64,000 nucleotides of DNA from contig CAXXHA010000036.1 in the NCBI GenBank assembly GCA_963662265.2, positions 1 through 64,000 on the forward strand. Direction: 5' to 3'. The stretch comes from Spirochaetia bacterium (GTDB taxonomy: Bacteria > Spirochaetota > Spirochaetia > CADAEX01). Shown in pieces: positions 20,172-30,731 of the stretch (the stretch's first letter is position 1; the number at the start of each line of letters is the position of its first letter). Made by a program: the position numbers and the translations under genes. The notes beneath the pieces are model-generated. The model saw only the letters and a list, made by a program, of their open reading frames with translations, ran no database searches and was not told the DNA's origin.

Positions 20172-20619
20172 GTTATTATTTATTAAAAAATATTAAGTCT
20201 TTATTTATTTTTGCACTATATCATACATAAATTAACAGTAAAATACGTAAATTATGTGTTATTATACAAAAATATATATAAAAATGTATCAAAATTATTC
20301 AAAAGTGTTGGATTGAAATATTCTTGATAAGAAAATGTATTGTATTTATTAAAAAATAAGCAGTTGTTTTGTATAAGTATATAAAAATGTATTAAAACCA
20401 TAGAAAAATCAAAAGGTGTATGAAAAAAAACATTGAAAAAAGCTCTTTTTTGATCTTTTCCTCTATAAATTATATTTATTTAAATTATTTTTCTGATAAA
20501 ATGTGCTCATTCTTGGACAATAAAAGCTGAAAACAGGCTTGTTTATGTTGTCTGTAAGGCATAATCAATACGAAAGAGTATAAAATCGGCCTTACGGCTT
20601 CAGCTGCAGGAGAATTTAC

Positions 20620-23600
20620 ATGGCAATCAGAAAAATTAACAAAATCATGTCTGCTAACAGGGGAGAAATAGCAATCAGGACCTTCAGGGCCTGTATGGAA
20701 CTGGGGATAAAAACTGTGGCTATTTATTCGAAAGAAGACAGACTTTCGCTGTACAGAACGAAAGCTGATGAAGCATATAGAGTAGGTAAGGGCAAAAGCC
20801 CGATAGATGCATATCTCGGAATTGATGAGATTATTGATCTTGCAAAGAGAAAAGGGGTTGATGCGATTCATCCGGGTTACGGATTTTTATCTGAAAACCC
20901 TGAGTTTTCTGAAAAATGTGAAAAAGAAGGTATTATTTTTATCGGCCCGACTGCAGTGCAGCAGAGAACTCTCGGGGATAAGGTTTCGGCAAGGGCAGCA
21001 GCAATTGCTGCAGGAGTACCTGTAGTGCCGGGAACAGACGATCCTGTGAAATCAGAGGAAGAAGCTTTTAAGTTTGCAAAGGAAGCAGGATACCCCATTA
21101 TAATAAAGGCAGCTGCAGGCGGCGGCGGCCGGGGAATGAGGGTTGCCAACAACCACAAGGAACTTGTTGAAGGGCTTCACAGCGCTGCAAGCGAGGCAAA
21201 GGCTGCTTTCGGCGATGATACAGTATTCCTTGAAAAATACCTTAAAAATCCTAAACATATAGAGATACAGATAATCGGTGATACACACGGAAATATTGTC
21301 CATTTCTTTGAAAGGGACTGTTCCATACAGAGAAGACACCAGAAGGTTGTCGAATTTGCGCCTTCACTTGCTATTTCTGATGAACTCAGGCAGGAACTCT
21401 GTGATAATGCAATCAAGATTGCAAAGCAGGTTAACTACAGAAATGCGGGAACTGTAGAGTTTCTCGTAGACCAGAACGGCGGATACTATTTCATTGAAAT
21501 GAATCCAAGGCTCCAGGTTGAACATACAGTTACTGAGCTTATTACTGGACGGGACCTTGTCCAGACTCAGATCAGGGTTGCTGAAGGGTATAAACTTTCC
21601 GATCCTGAAATAAATATACCTGACCAGAAAAGTATCAAGAAGAGCGGTTACGCTATCCAGTGCAGAATTACAACTGAGGATCCCCAGAATAATTTTGCCC
21701 CTGACTTCGGAACACTCAAGGCATACAGGTCGCCTGCTGGTTTCGGCGTAAGACTTGATGCGGGAAATGCTTTTACAGGCGCAAGAATAACATCTTCATA
21801 TGACTCACTCCTCGTGAAGCTGAGCGGATGGGGGCTTTCTTTCGAGCATGCTGCCATGGTAATGAAGAGATCGCTTGTAGAGTTCAGGATCAGGGGTGTA
21901 AAAACCAATATCCCTTTCCTCCAGAATGTAGTTTCACATCCTGTTTTTCTTGCAGGGCAGTGTGATACCTCATTTATAGGTGATAATCCCGAACTTATGG
22001 AATTCAGGGAAAACAAGGACAGGGCTACAAAGATTCTCGATTATATAGGCGACAGGGTAATAAACGGGACTGAAGGGATTGAAAAACCCAGGGGATCACT
22101 TATCTTCCCTGAAGCTGATGTTCCTGAAATCAGGCTCAGCGCGGAAAGAAAAGAGGGAACCCGGGATATATTCAAAAAGCTAGGCCCTGAAAAATTCTCG
22201 GATTGGATACTGGATCAGAAAAAACTTCTTGTTACAGATACAACAATGCGGGATGCTCACCAGTCTCTCCTTGCAACAAGAATTAGAACATATGATATTC
22301 TCCAGATTGCAGAAGCTACATCTCATCTTGCATCAGACATGTTTTCATTTGAAATGTGGGGCGGTGCTACATTTGATGTATCAATGAGATTCCTTAAAGA
22401 GTGCCCGTGGCAGAGACTTCACAAACTCAGGGAAAATATTCCCAATGTCCTATTCCAGATGCTGCTCAGGGCTTCAAATGCTGTAGGCTATACAAACTAC
22501 CCTGACAATGTTGTTCAGGAATTTGTCAGGGAAGCTGCTGATTCAGGCATAGACCTCTTCAGAATCTTCGACTCCCTCAACTGGACAAAGGGAATGGCTG
22601 TTGCAATGGATGCTGTCAGAAGCAACGGCAAGCTCTGCGAAGCTTCTATCTGCTATACAGGTGACATAACAGACCCTAAAAGGGATAAGTACCCGCTTGA
22701 ATACTATGTAAACCTCGGCAGGGAGCTTGAAAACATGGGCGCCAATATACTTGCAATCAAGGATATGGCAGGTCTCCTGAAGCCTTTTGCCGCAACAAAA
22801 CTTATCAGGGCGCTAAAGGATGAGGTTGGTATTCCTGTACATCTCCATACTCATGATACATCAAGCAACGGAGGGGCAACCCTGTTGAGAGCAGCGGAGG
22901 CAGGTGTTGATATTGTCGATGCATCACTCTCATCAATCTCAGGTCTTACCGCGCAGCCCAACCTTAATGCGCTGAATGCGGCTCTTGAAGGTACAGATAG
23001 GGATCCTCATCTTGATTCTGTCGGAATACAGAAGCTTGCAAACTACTGGGAAACAGTAAGAAGCTACTACAAACCTTTTGAAACAGATTTAAAGAGCGGA
23101 ACTGCTGAAGTTTACTATCATGAGATTCCTGGCGGGCAGTATTCAAACTACAAGCCGCGTGTTGCAGGTGTCGGCCTTCTCGATAAGTGGGAAGAGTGCA
23201 AGAAAATGTATCATGATGTAAACGAGGCATTCGGCGATATAATCAAGGTCACACCTTCTTCAAAGATAGTTGCAGACCTTGCAATATTCCTTGTTCAGAA
23301 TGAAGTTGCGATTGAGGATTTAATTGAAAAAGCACCTGATCTTGCATTTCCGCAGTCAGTTGTAGATTTCTTCAAAGGTATGATAGGTCAGCCTTACCTG
23401 GGATTTCCTGCAGAACTTCAGAAAGCAATTCTGAAAGGTGAGGAAGCAATCACCTGCAGGCCCGGAGAGCTGCTTGAGCCTTTTGATTTTGAAAAGGAAA
23501 GAAAGGATCTTGAGGAAAAACTGGGACATGAAGTGGATGACAAGGAGCTTCTTTCCTATGCTCTCTATCCGAATGTGTATCTTGATTATGATAAACACAG

Positions 23601-24066
23601 GACACAGTATTCAGATACTTCTGTTATTCCTACACCTACATACTTTTACGGTCTTGAACCGGGAGATGAGGTTTCTGTTGATATAGATACCGGAAAGACT
23701 CTTATTATCAAGCTTGTTGCTGTGGGAAGTGTTCACCATGACGGAACACGGCATCTCTACTTCGAACTCAATGGTCTTTCAAGGCAGGTTACTGTAAGGG
23801 ACAATACTGTTGAAGGTGATTTTGCAGTAAGGGAAAAAGCTGACAAGTTTAACAAACACCATGTAGGGGCACCAATGCCGGGCAAGGTATTTAAAGTGCT
23901 TGTCAAACCGGGCGATGATGTTGATTCAGGCGATGTGCTTGTTGTAACAGAAGCAATGAAGATGGAAACAAATATCAAGGCTTCGATTGCCGGAAAGGTT
24001 AAGGAAGTTCTGTTTGATATTGGAGACCAGGTGGAAAAAGATGACCTCCTTTTGGAGCTTGAATAG
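20620..24066 (+). CDS. pyc: Single-chain pyruvate carboxylase
   Basis: BC domain (ANRGEIA, RDCSIQRRHQK), CT domain (RDAHQSL, HLHTH), biotin site EAMKM. Confidence 0.98.
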   Translation: MAIRKINKIMSANRGEIAIRTFRACMELGIKTVAIYSKEDRLSLYRTKADEAYRVGKGKSPIDAYLGIDEIIDLAKRKGVDAIHPGYGFLSENPEFSEKCEKEGIIFIGPTAVQQRTLGDKVSARAAAIAAGVPVVPGTDDPVKSEEEAFKFAKEAGYPIIIKAAAGGGGRGMRVANNHKELVEGLHSAASEAKAAFGDDTVFLEKYLKNPKHIEIQIIGDTHGNIVHFFERDCSIQRRHQKVVEFAPSLAISDELRQELCDNAIKIAKQVNYRNAGTVEFLVDQNGGYYFIEMNPRLQVEHTVTELITGRDLVQTQIRVAEGYKLSDPEINIPDQKSIKKSGYAIQCRITTEDPQNNFAPDFGTLKAYRSPAGFGVRLDAGNAFTGARITSSYDSLLVKLSGWGLSFEHAAMVMKRSLVEFRIRGVKTNIPFLQNVVSHPVFLAGQCDTSFIGDNPELMEFRENKDRATKILDYIGDRVINGTEGIEKPRGSLIFPEADVPEIRLSAERKEGTRDIFKKLGPEKFSDWILDQKKLLVTDTTMRDAHQSLLATRIRTYDILQIAEATSHLASDMFSFEMWGGATFDVSMRFLKECPWQRLHKLRENIPNVLFQMLLRASNAVGYTNYPDNVVQEFVREAADSGIDLFRIFDSLNWTKGMAVAMDAVRSNGKLCEASICYTGDITDPKRDKYPLEYYVNLGRELENMGANILAIKDMAGLLKPFAATKLIRALKDEVGIPVHLHTHDTSSNGGATLLRAAEAGVDIVDASLSSISGLTAQPNLNALNAALEGTDRDPHLDSVGIQKLANYWETVRSYYKPFETDLKSGTAEVYYHEIPGGQYSNYKPRVAGVGLLDKWEECKKMYHDVNEAFGDIIKVTPSSKIVADLAIFLVQNEVAIEDLIEKAPDLAFPQSVVDFFKGMIGQPYLGFPAELQKAILKGEEAITCRPGELLEPFDFEKERKDLEEKLGHEVDDKELLSYALYPNVYLDYDKHRTQYSDTSVIPTPTYFYGLEPGDEVSVDIDTGKTLIIKLVAVGSVHHDGTRHLYFELNGLSRQVTVRDNTVEGDFAVREKADKFNKHHVGAPMPGKVFKVLVKPGDDVDSGDVLVVTEAMKMETNIKASIAGKVKEVLFDIGDQVEKDDLLLELE

Positions 24067-24093
24067 GCTTTTCTGAATATTTTCAATTTTGCT

Positions 24094-24140
24094 GGCAGAA
24101 CAGACAGTGTGGGGATAATGTCTGTTCTGCCTCTTTTTTT
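24094..24140 (+). terminator. Rho-independent terminator of pyc
   Basis: GGCAGAACAGACA...TGTCTGTTCTGCC 13-bp stem followed by a T tract. Confidence 0.85.
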
Positions 24141-24208
24141 ATCAAGGCGTATTCGCAGAAAATCAGCCAGCCTTGCTTTGAGTCTTAGCTGTATCAGATG
24201 CTTAATAT

Positions 24209-26926
24209 TCAGACTCTTGCTTCCAGGGTATTTTCAATTTTTTCGAGCAGAATTTCGGCATCTTTATACCTGTAGTTTTTTATCATCCTGAACAGGGTTA
24301 GTGTATTTTTCCTGGTAGAGTCAGGAAGAATAAAATTCTCGATTTCTTCCATAATTTCCATACAGCATTTTGGATTATGTTTTTTCACCTTCTGTTTCAG
24401 CAGCTCCAGCTGTTTTATCAGCTCTTCAGTTCTTATCTCTGATTTTCCGTTCTGTTCTTTTTTATTCTGTCCATTCAATATTTCAAAACCTGCTGAAATT
24501 GAGTGTATGAGACTCCTGAGTTCTTTGTTGAAATCAATAAACAGCTGACATTCGGTTTCAGATCCTTTTACCTTTAACTCGCTGTTAAGGAGTTCCGCTT
24601 TTTTCATCAGTTCGCAGGCTCCGAGATTTCCTGATGCTCCTTTAATTGTGTGAACTGTTCTTGTAACTGCATCCCAGTCATTCCGGATCATTAAATCTGT
24701 AATATCATCATCTGCTGTTTTGAAATCTTCATAAAATTTGAGAACAAGATTTTTAAACAGCTTTTTATTGTTTCCTACCCGTTTCAATCCCTCTTCACAG
24801 CTGATTCCGTCTATTTCCGGAATATCACATTCAAACAAACTTTCATCTTTAGTATTTGCATTTGTTTCTCTTTCGGCAGGAGCAATCCATTTTACAAGTA
24901 CGTTCCACAGCTCTCCCGGGTTAAAAGGTTTTGTGACATAGTCATTCATCCCAATATCAAGGACTTTTTCCTTTACTCCTACCATGGCATCAGCTGTCAT
25001 AGCTATAATCGGAATATCCTGAAACCGGCTGTCTTTTCTTATCTCTTTAGTGGCACAGTACCCATCCATTTCAGGCATCTGAAGATCCATCAATACACAG
25101 TCATGACTGGTGGATATTTTTGACAGTGCGTCAATCCCGTTCTTTGCTATATCAACAAAAAACCCTTCATGTTCAAGAAATTCACCTGCAACCTGCTGAT
25201 TTATTTCATTATCCTCAACAAGAAGTATTTTTGCCCCGATTATCCTGTTGAAATCTTCCGGTTTTTCTTCGGCATTCTTTCTGATCTTCCCGGCTTTCTG
25301 TTGTGACAGTTTTCCGAATACAGATATTATTGTATCCAGCAGCATGGAAGGATTGACCGGTTTTATAAGGAAGCCGTCCAGGTTATCCCTGTCTGCTTGG
25401 CTGATAATATCTTCTCTTCCAATGCTTGTTATCATTATGATTTTAGGCTGATGTATATTTTCAAGCTTTCTGATTTTTCTAATCAATTCAAAACCATCCA
25501 TTTCCGGCATCTTGTAGTCAATAAGAGCAAGGTCGTAATTTTTATCTCCCGAAGCCTGGTTCTGGATAAAATTACGTAAAGCAAGATTTCCATCAGGAAG
25601 CGCGGTTGCATCAAAGTTGAAATCATTTAAATAGGAGAGCAGGACTTCCCTTGCTGTTTCATTATCATCAACAACCATGACTTTTAATCCTGTTAATTCT
25701 TCTGCCGCTGTTTTTTTCTTTTCCTCATTCCCTTTCTCCAGTTCAGCTGTAAAGTAAAAACAGCTTCCTCTGCCGAACCTGCTTTCAACACCTATTTCAC
25801 CGCCCATTAATTCAGACAGTTTTTTACTGATTGCGAGTCCGAGACCTGTTCCTCCGTATTTACGTGTTGTAGATGTATCAGCCTGGGAAAATGATTTGAA
25901 CAGCTTCGCCTTCTGATCATCTGTTAGACCAATGCCTGTATCGGAAACTTCAAATCTGATAATGACAGAATTGTCTTTTATTTCCTGGAGACTGACAGTG
26001 ACGACTATTTCCCCTTCAGAGGTGAATTTAATTGCATTATTTGTCAGGTTCAGAAGTATCTGCCCGAGCCGGAGTGGGTCGCCTACCAGGTTGTTCGGAA
26101 TATTGAGGTCCTGGCTGAAAATCAGTTCAAGCTCCTTGTTATTGACTTTCTCTCCGATAATGCTTGCCAGGTTATCAAGCACTTCATTAAGCAGGAATCC
26201 TGTTTTTTCGATATCCATTTTGCCAGCTTCAATTTTTGAGAAATCAAGTATATCGTTGATAATTCCGAGCAGGTTGTTGGATGACCGGCTGATTTTATAC
26301 ACATAGTCCTGCTGTCTTTCTGTTAAATCTGTTTTGGTAAGCAGGTTGCTGAGTCCTATTATTGCATTCATCGGGGTTCTTATTTCATGGCTCATATTTG
26401 CCAGAAAGTCGCCTTTTGCTTTTGTTGCTGATTCAGCCTCCTGTTTTGCCGCAGTAAGCTCATCCATCATTGTCTGAAGTTCAGTGTTTTTCATTTTAAT
26501 ATTATGAAAAAGCGATTCTCTGGTAGGCTGAATAATAAGTTCCCTGCACTGCTGAAACAAATCTTCTGATAATGTGTTTTTATCCAGTGGTATTTTCAGA
26601 AAAACACTTATTGAATCTTTTCTGTTGTCTGATTTATTTATTATGCAGTTATTAAAAAAGCTTTTCAGTTCAGTTTCTGAAATATCGGAATTGAATGGTG
26701 TAATATCAAGTATGAGTTTTTCAGGTTTTTCATTGTTGACACTTATAACCAGTTCTGAACATATGATGTTGTTTCCATCCAGGCATACCAGCTCAGAGAG
26801 TATTGTTGCGTTTCGGGTTGATTTAATTTCAGAAAAACCCAGAAGCAGAGATAATTGAAATATCTTTTTCCTGAACATTATCAGGTTAAGATATGTTTCT
26901 TCAGTTATTGCCCCTAAATTTATCAT
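24209..26926 (-). CDS. Cytoplasmic hybrid histidine kinase (RsbT-like N-domain, HisKA, HATPase, 2xREC, Hpt)
   Basis: [60 protein letters not shown]; no TM segment; ATGA overlap with rsbX. Confidence 0.93.
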   Translation of the reverse strand: MINLGAITEETYLNLIMFRKKIFQLSLLLGFSEIKSTRNATILSELVCLDGNNIICSELVISVNNEKPEKLILDITPFNSDISETELKSFFNNCIINKSDNRKDSISVFLKIPLDKNTLSEDLFQQCRELIIQPTRESLFHNIKMKNTELQTMMDELTAAKQEAESATKAKGDFLANMSHEIRTPMNAIIGLSNLLTKTDLTERQQDYVYKISRSSNNLLGIINDILDFSKIEAGKMDIEKTGFLLNEVLDNLASIIGEKVNNKELELIFSQDLNIPNNLVGDPLRLGQILLNLTNNAIKFTSEGEIVVTVSLQEIKDNSVIIRFEVSDTGIGLTDDQKAKLFKSFSQADTSTTRKYGGTGLGLAISKKLSELMGGEIGVESRFGRGSCFYFTAELEKGNEEKKKTAAEELTGLKVMVVDDNETAREVLLSYLNDFNFDATALPDGNLALRNFIQNQASGDKNYDLALIDYKMPEMDGFELIRKIRKLENIHQPKIIMITSIGREDIISQADRDNLDGFLIKPVNPSMLLDTIISVFGKLSQQKAGKIRKNAEEKPEDFNRIIGAKILLVEDNEINQQVAGEFLEHEGFFVDIAKNGIDALSKISTSHDCVLMDLQMPEMDGYCATKEIRKDSRFQDIPIIAMTADAMVGVKEKVLDIGMNDYVTKPFNPGELWNVLVKWIAPAERETNANTKDESLFECDIPEIDGISCEEGLKRVGNNKKLFKNLVLKFYEDFKTADDDITDLMIRNDWDAVTRTVHTIKGASGNLGACELMKKAELLNSELKVKGSETECQLFIDFNKELRSLIHSISAGFEILNGQNKKEQNGKSEIRTEELIKQLELLKQKVKKHNPKCCMEIMEEIENFILPDSTRKNTLTLFRMIKNYRYKDAEILLEKIENTLEARV

Positions 26927-27507
26927 TTTACGTTCCTTATAATTATACAGGAAGCATCATCATTTTTACGGAAATTCTTGAACAGCTTTCCTGCAATATC
27001 TTCTGATGAGCCTGAAAGCAATCCGGGGAAGTTATCAAGCGGAAGATTATCCTTTATACCGTCAGAGCAGAGGATAAGGATATCACCTCTTAAAAGCCTG
27101 TCATTTATCATACACGGGTTCGGCATGGAATAACCCAGTACCCCGTTCCTGGAGATTAAGGATCTCTTTTCAATTCCGTAAATTACCGCGCTTATATTGC
27201 CTATTCCGGAAAAAAGAATAGAGTTGTCTTCAGAGCTGATGCAGCAGGCAGCAGCTACGGCGCCCCTTGTCCCTTTTAGAAATTCATCAAGCCTTGTAAT
27301 TATTTTTACAGGATCCGGCTCCAGTTTATCCTGCAAAAATATTTCTATTTCCTCGGCAAGACCGGCTGCTTCATCCCCATGTCCGAGAACATCAATCAGG
27401 ACAGCATAGAGATAATCCTCTTTTTCCTGAATTATGGCAGTATCTCCGCACCCTTTTTCACCGTAAATCGCATCTTTATATATTTTAATATCAAGCAGAT
27501 TTTCCAC
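26923..27507 (-). CDS. rsbX: PP2C/SpoIIE phosphatase, RsbX-like
   Basis: CGD, IDVLGHG, GIGNI, GVLGY, SDG and DDAS motifs; follows rsbT. Confidence 0.85.
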   Translation of the reverse strand: MENLLDIKIYKDAIYGEKGCGDTAIIQEKEDYLYAVLIDVLGHGDEAAGLAEEIEIFLQDKLEPDPVKIITRLDEFLKGTRGAVAAACCISSEDNSILFSGIGNISAVIYGIEKRSLISRNGVLGYSMPNPCMINDRLLRGDILILCSDGIKDNLPLDNFPGLLSGSSEDIAGKLFKNFRKNDDASCIIIRNVK

Positions 27508-27933
27508 CTATATTCTCCATTTTGTCACTGTAATCCTGGTTCCCCGGCCTGTCCCTGATTCTATTTCCAGGGAATCCATTATTTCCTTAACACTGGAAAG
27601 TCCGAGTCCAAGGCTGTCCCCTGTTGAATATTCCGGAGCAACAGCTGCACTGATATCATCAATACCGGGCCCGTCGTCCTGTACAACGATCAGTATGCCG
27701 GTTCTTCTGCCGTCTGTTATCTTATGGTAAAATACATGTCCTGAGTCTGCATAGCGGACAATATTTGTAGTCAGTTCAGATACAGCTGTTGCTATAAGTG
27801 ACTGCTCGTTTCTGTCGAAATTAAGTTTTTCACAGAATTCCCTTGTCATTATTACTGAATAGGCAATATCTGCAGAATGCTCAATTTTGATGCTTAACTG
27901 TGATTCACTTTTTTTATATTTCAATTCACACAT
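27508..27933 (-). CDS. rsbT: Ser/Thr kinase RsbT
   Basis: IATAVSELTTNIVRYA, DDGPGI, STGDSLGLGL, C-terminal KW; start ATG 27933 overlaps the end of rsbS. Confidence 0.9.
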   Translation of the reverse strand: MCELKYKKSESQLSIKIEHSADIAYSVIMTREFCEKLNFDRNEQSLIATAVSELTTNIVRYADSGHVFYHKITDGRRTGILIVVQDDGPGIDDISAAVAPEYSTGDSLGLGLSSVKEIMDSLEIESGTGRGTRITVTKWRI

Positions 27934-28324
27934 CTGTATATTCCAATCCGATTTTTTCCTGGTCAGGGGAGGTGTTTTCCAGCATTTTGATCCCCTCTTC
28001 AAGGTCTGATGCTATATTGAGAGAATCAAAATCAACGCTGAGATCAACAAGTGTGGATGCAACTCCCGGCTTGAAACCGGTGAAAACAGTCTGTCCTCCC
28101 ATCAGGCAGATCATTTTCCCTGTCTGGACAAGGGCTGTAAATGTTTTTCTGTCCATGACATTTATAGCAGAAACATCAACTAGGACTTTTTTCACTGAAT
28201 GTCTGTTTATTCTTCCAAGTATGTTTTTCTGAAACAGGAGAAGTGTATCCAGACTGAAATCTTCCGGAAGCGGAATTATGAGGCAGTCACTTATAATATG
28301 GGCATTTAAACTGTTTTCTGCCAT
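27926..28324 (-). CDS. rsbS: Stand-alone STAS protein RsbS
   Basis: VDVSAINVMD, LMGGQTVFTGFKPGVASTLVDL, DLEEG; located between rsbR and rsbT. Confidence 0.85.
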   Translation of the reverse strand: MAENSLNAHIISDCLIIPLPEDFSLDTLLLFQKNILGRINRHSVKKVLVDVSAINVMDRKTFTALVQTGKMICLMGGQTVFTGFKPGVASTLVDLSVDFDSLNIASDLEEGIKMLENTSPDQEKIGLEYTDV

Positions 28325-28325
28325 T

Positions 28326-29126
28326 TTAAATGCTCTTTTTATTATCGCTTACTTCAAGGTCGAGTATGCTGAAGGCGCCTCCCAGCGCTTCCTGTAAATT
28401 TGAATGAGTCAGAATTGTCCCAAGTTCTACACCAAGGGTGACAAGAGTCTGTGCAACAGATGGCGATATGCCGGAAATGATGCATTTGCACCCCATAAGG
28501 CGGGTTGCTTTTGCAATTTTTATAAGATGGTTTGCTACAGCTGTATCAACAGTAGCAACCCCCTGAATATCCAGGATAATTATCTTGGAGGAAGTTTCTT
28601 TTAATTTGTTCAGCATAGTATCCATCATCTGCTGGGCCCTGTATGAATCCACAACACCTACTATAGGCAGAACGAGGATCCTGTCCCACAGCTGAATAAC
28701 CGGTGTTGATATTTCGAGAATTGTTCTGCTCTGCTCTTTGAGTTTTTCCTCTTTTTTTACAACTTCCGAGATATCAATTATATATTCGAGGCCTCCGATT
28801 ATTTCACCGTCTTTATTCCGAAGGACATCAGCCGTATACTCGATAGGTACAGGTTTATTGTCAAGGTAAACAATGTTTCTCACAGTTGCAACAGATTCAC
28901 CATTCATGACATGTTTCATCCTGCAGTTGCCGTTTTTACAGTGATCCGAATCAAACAGGGTGAAGCAGAAATTTGAATCAATATCCTCCCATTTTGAATT
29001 TGTCATTTCCAGACCAGCCTTGTTCATGAATATGATTTTAAAATCTTTATCAATTGCCATTACAGGAGTGGGGAGCTGGTTGAGGATATCTTCACTGAAT
29101 GAATTGTTTTTTTCACTTTTATTCAT
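28326..29126 (-). CDS. rsbR: PAS-STAS stressosome sensor RsbR
   Basis: N-terminal PAS; EISTPVIQLWD.ILVLPIVGVVDS.RA, DIQGVATVDTAVANHL, RLMG, SGISPSVAQT. Confidence 0.92.
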   Translation of the reverse strand: MNKSEKNNSFSEDILNQLPTPVMAIDKDFKIIFMNKAGLEMTNSKWEDIDSNFCFTLFDSDHCKNGNCRMKHVMNGESVATVRNIVYLDNKPVPIEYTADVLRNKDGEIIGGLEYIIDISEVVKKEEKLKEQSRTILEISTPVIQLWDRILVLPIVGVVDSYRAQQMMDTMLNKLKETSSKIIILDIQGVATVDTAVANHLIKIAKATRLMGCKCIISGISPSVAQTLVTLGVELGTILTHSNLQEALGGAFSILDLEVSDNKKSI

Positions 29127-29560
29127 ATGGAATTCCGCCTTTTTTAAAATATTTACTAATTAATTATAGTAAAATAAAATTCAATTCTCCAATTATTCAT
29201 TAAAAAAACAGGAAATATTATTATTAAAAAAACGGAATAGATAAAAAATATGTTAATACGCAGACAGGCTGAATCTGTTTCAATAGTTAATGCCGGTTTT
29301 AATTAAAAAAAGTAAAATGACATTGTAATCAGCTTTCCAATAAATTATATTATTATAATGAATAAAATTATATTTTAAACTAAGGAAGTATTATTCAGAA
29401 ATAGTGATAATAAAAAGTTGTATAAGAAATTGTTTTTATTTCTAATTTATAGCGTAAAGAACCCCTCATCAAATGATTCCTCCATGCAGAATTGCCAGAA
29501 GAAATAAATAATCAATTCCTCTGATAATACAAAACAGTTATTTAATGAAGGAATTCCGTT

Positions 29561-30670
29561 ATGAAAAATATTTTAAGCAGATCAACACTGCTGCTGGTTG
29601 ATGATACTCCTCACAATATTGATTTCCTTATCAATACAATTGGAAATACTTACAATCTTATAATTGCCACTAATGGTGAAGATGCTCTTGCAGCTGCTGA
29701 TGAGTCAGTTCCCGATCTTATTCTGCTTGATATTCTGATGCCGGGAATGGACGGGTTTGAGGTTTGTACCAGGCTGAAACAGAATAAAAAGACCTGTGAA
29801 ATACCGGTGATTTTTTTATCTGCGGTTACTGAAGTAGACCAGAAAACAAGGGGATTTTCGCTTGGTGCTGCTGATTACATAACAAAGCCTTTTAATGTGC
29901 AGGAAGTTTCAGCACGTGTTGAAACTCACCTGGCTGCAAAATTTGCAAGGGACTGCCTGATGAATCAGAATAATATACTGGAAAATATAGTAAGGGAAAG
30001 AACCAGTGAGATCATGGCTACACAGGATATAACAATAAGAATGGCTGCATCCCTTGCAGAAACCAGGGATAATGATACAGGGAATCATATTATAAGAACA
30101 CAGATGTATGTGAAGAAACTCGCGGAAAAACTTTCGATGGAGAGTAAATACCGCAGTCAGCTGGATGATAAAACTATCGATTTGCTTGTTAAATCATCCC
30201 CTCTCCATGATATCGGCAAGATTGGTGTAACAGACAGGGTTCTTCTTAAACCGGGCAGGCTTGATGATAATGAATTTACAGAGATGAAAATGCATACTGT
30301 ATTTGGCTATAATGCCCTGCTTAAAGCGGAAAAGGAGATGAAGAGTGATTCTTTTTTGACAATATCAAGAGAAATTGCATATACACATCATGAAAAATGG
30401 AATGGAACAGGTTACCCGCAGGGGTTGAAAGGGGAAGATATTCCTCTTTCAGGAAGAATCATGGCTGTTGCTGATGTTTATGATGCGCTTGTTACAAGAA
30501 GAATATATAAGCCTCCTGTAAGCCATGATGAGGCTGTTTCAATCATGTGCGAGGGGAGGGGAACTCATTTTGATCCGGTTCTCACTGATTGTTTCCTGCA
30601 GATCAACGGGGAATTCAGAACGATAGCTGTAGCTCTTTCTGAAGCGGATGATATAAAAAATGACTTGTAA
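29561..30670 (+). CDS. RpfG-like REC-HD-GYP c-di-GMP phosphodiesterase 1
   Basis: REC (DD, LLDILMP, K); PLHDIGK, HHEKWNGTGYP, ADVYDAL, R.YK. Confidence 0.93.
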   Translation: MKNILSRSTLLLVDDTPHNIDFLINTIGNTYNLIIATNGEDALAAADESVPDLILLDILMPGMDGFEVCTRLKQNKKTCEIPVIFLSAVTEVDQKTRGFSLGAADYITKPFNVQEVSARVETHLAAKFARDCLMNQNNILENIVRERTSEIMATQDITIRMAASLAETRDNDTGNHIIRTQMYVKKLAEKLSMESKYRSQLDDKTIDLLVKSSPLHDIGKIGVTDRVLLKPGRLDDNEFTEMKMHTVFGYNALLKAEKEMKSDSFLTISREIAYTHHEKWNGTGYPQGLKGEDIPLSGRIMAVADVYDALVTRRIYKPPVSHDEAVSIMCEGRGTHFDPVLTDCFLQINGEFRTIAVALSEADDIKNDL

Positions 30671-30731
30671 ACAGTAATAAATAATAATTTACGGGTGAAA
30701 ATAATAAGTAGCCTTATCAGGGGAGAAAATT

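Noticed and set aside
29127-29560. c-di-GMP riboswitch or sigma28/sigma54 promoter in the divergent spacer
   Set aside because: Only fragments (GCGTAAAG, TTGCC) are present; no GEMM stems or correctly spaced promoter boxes were found.
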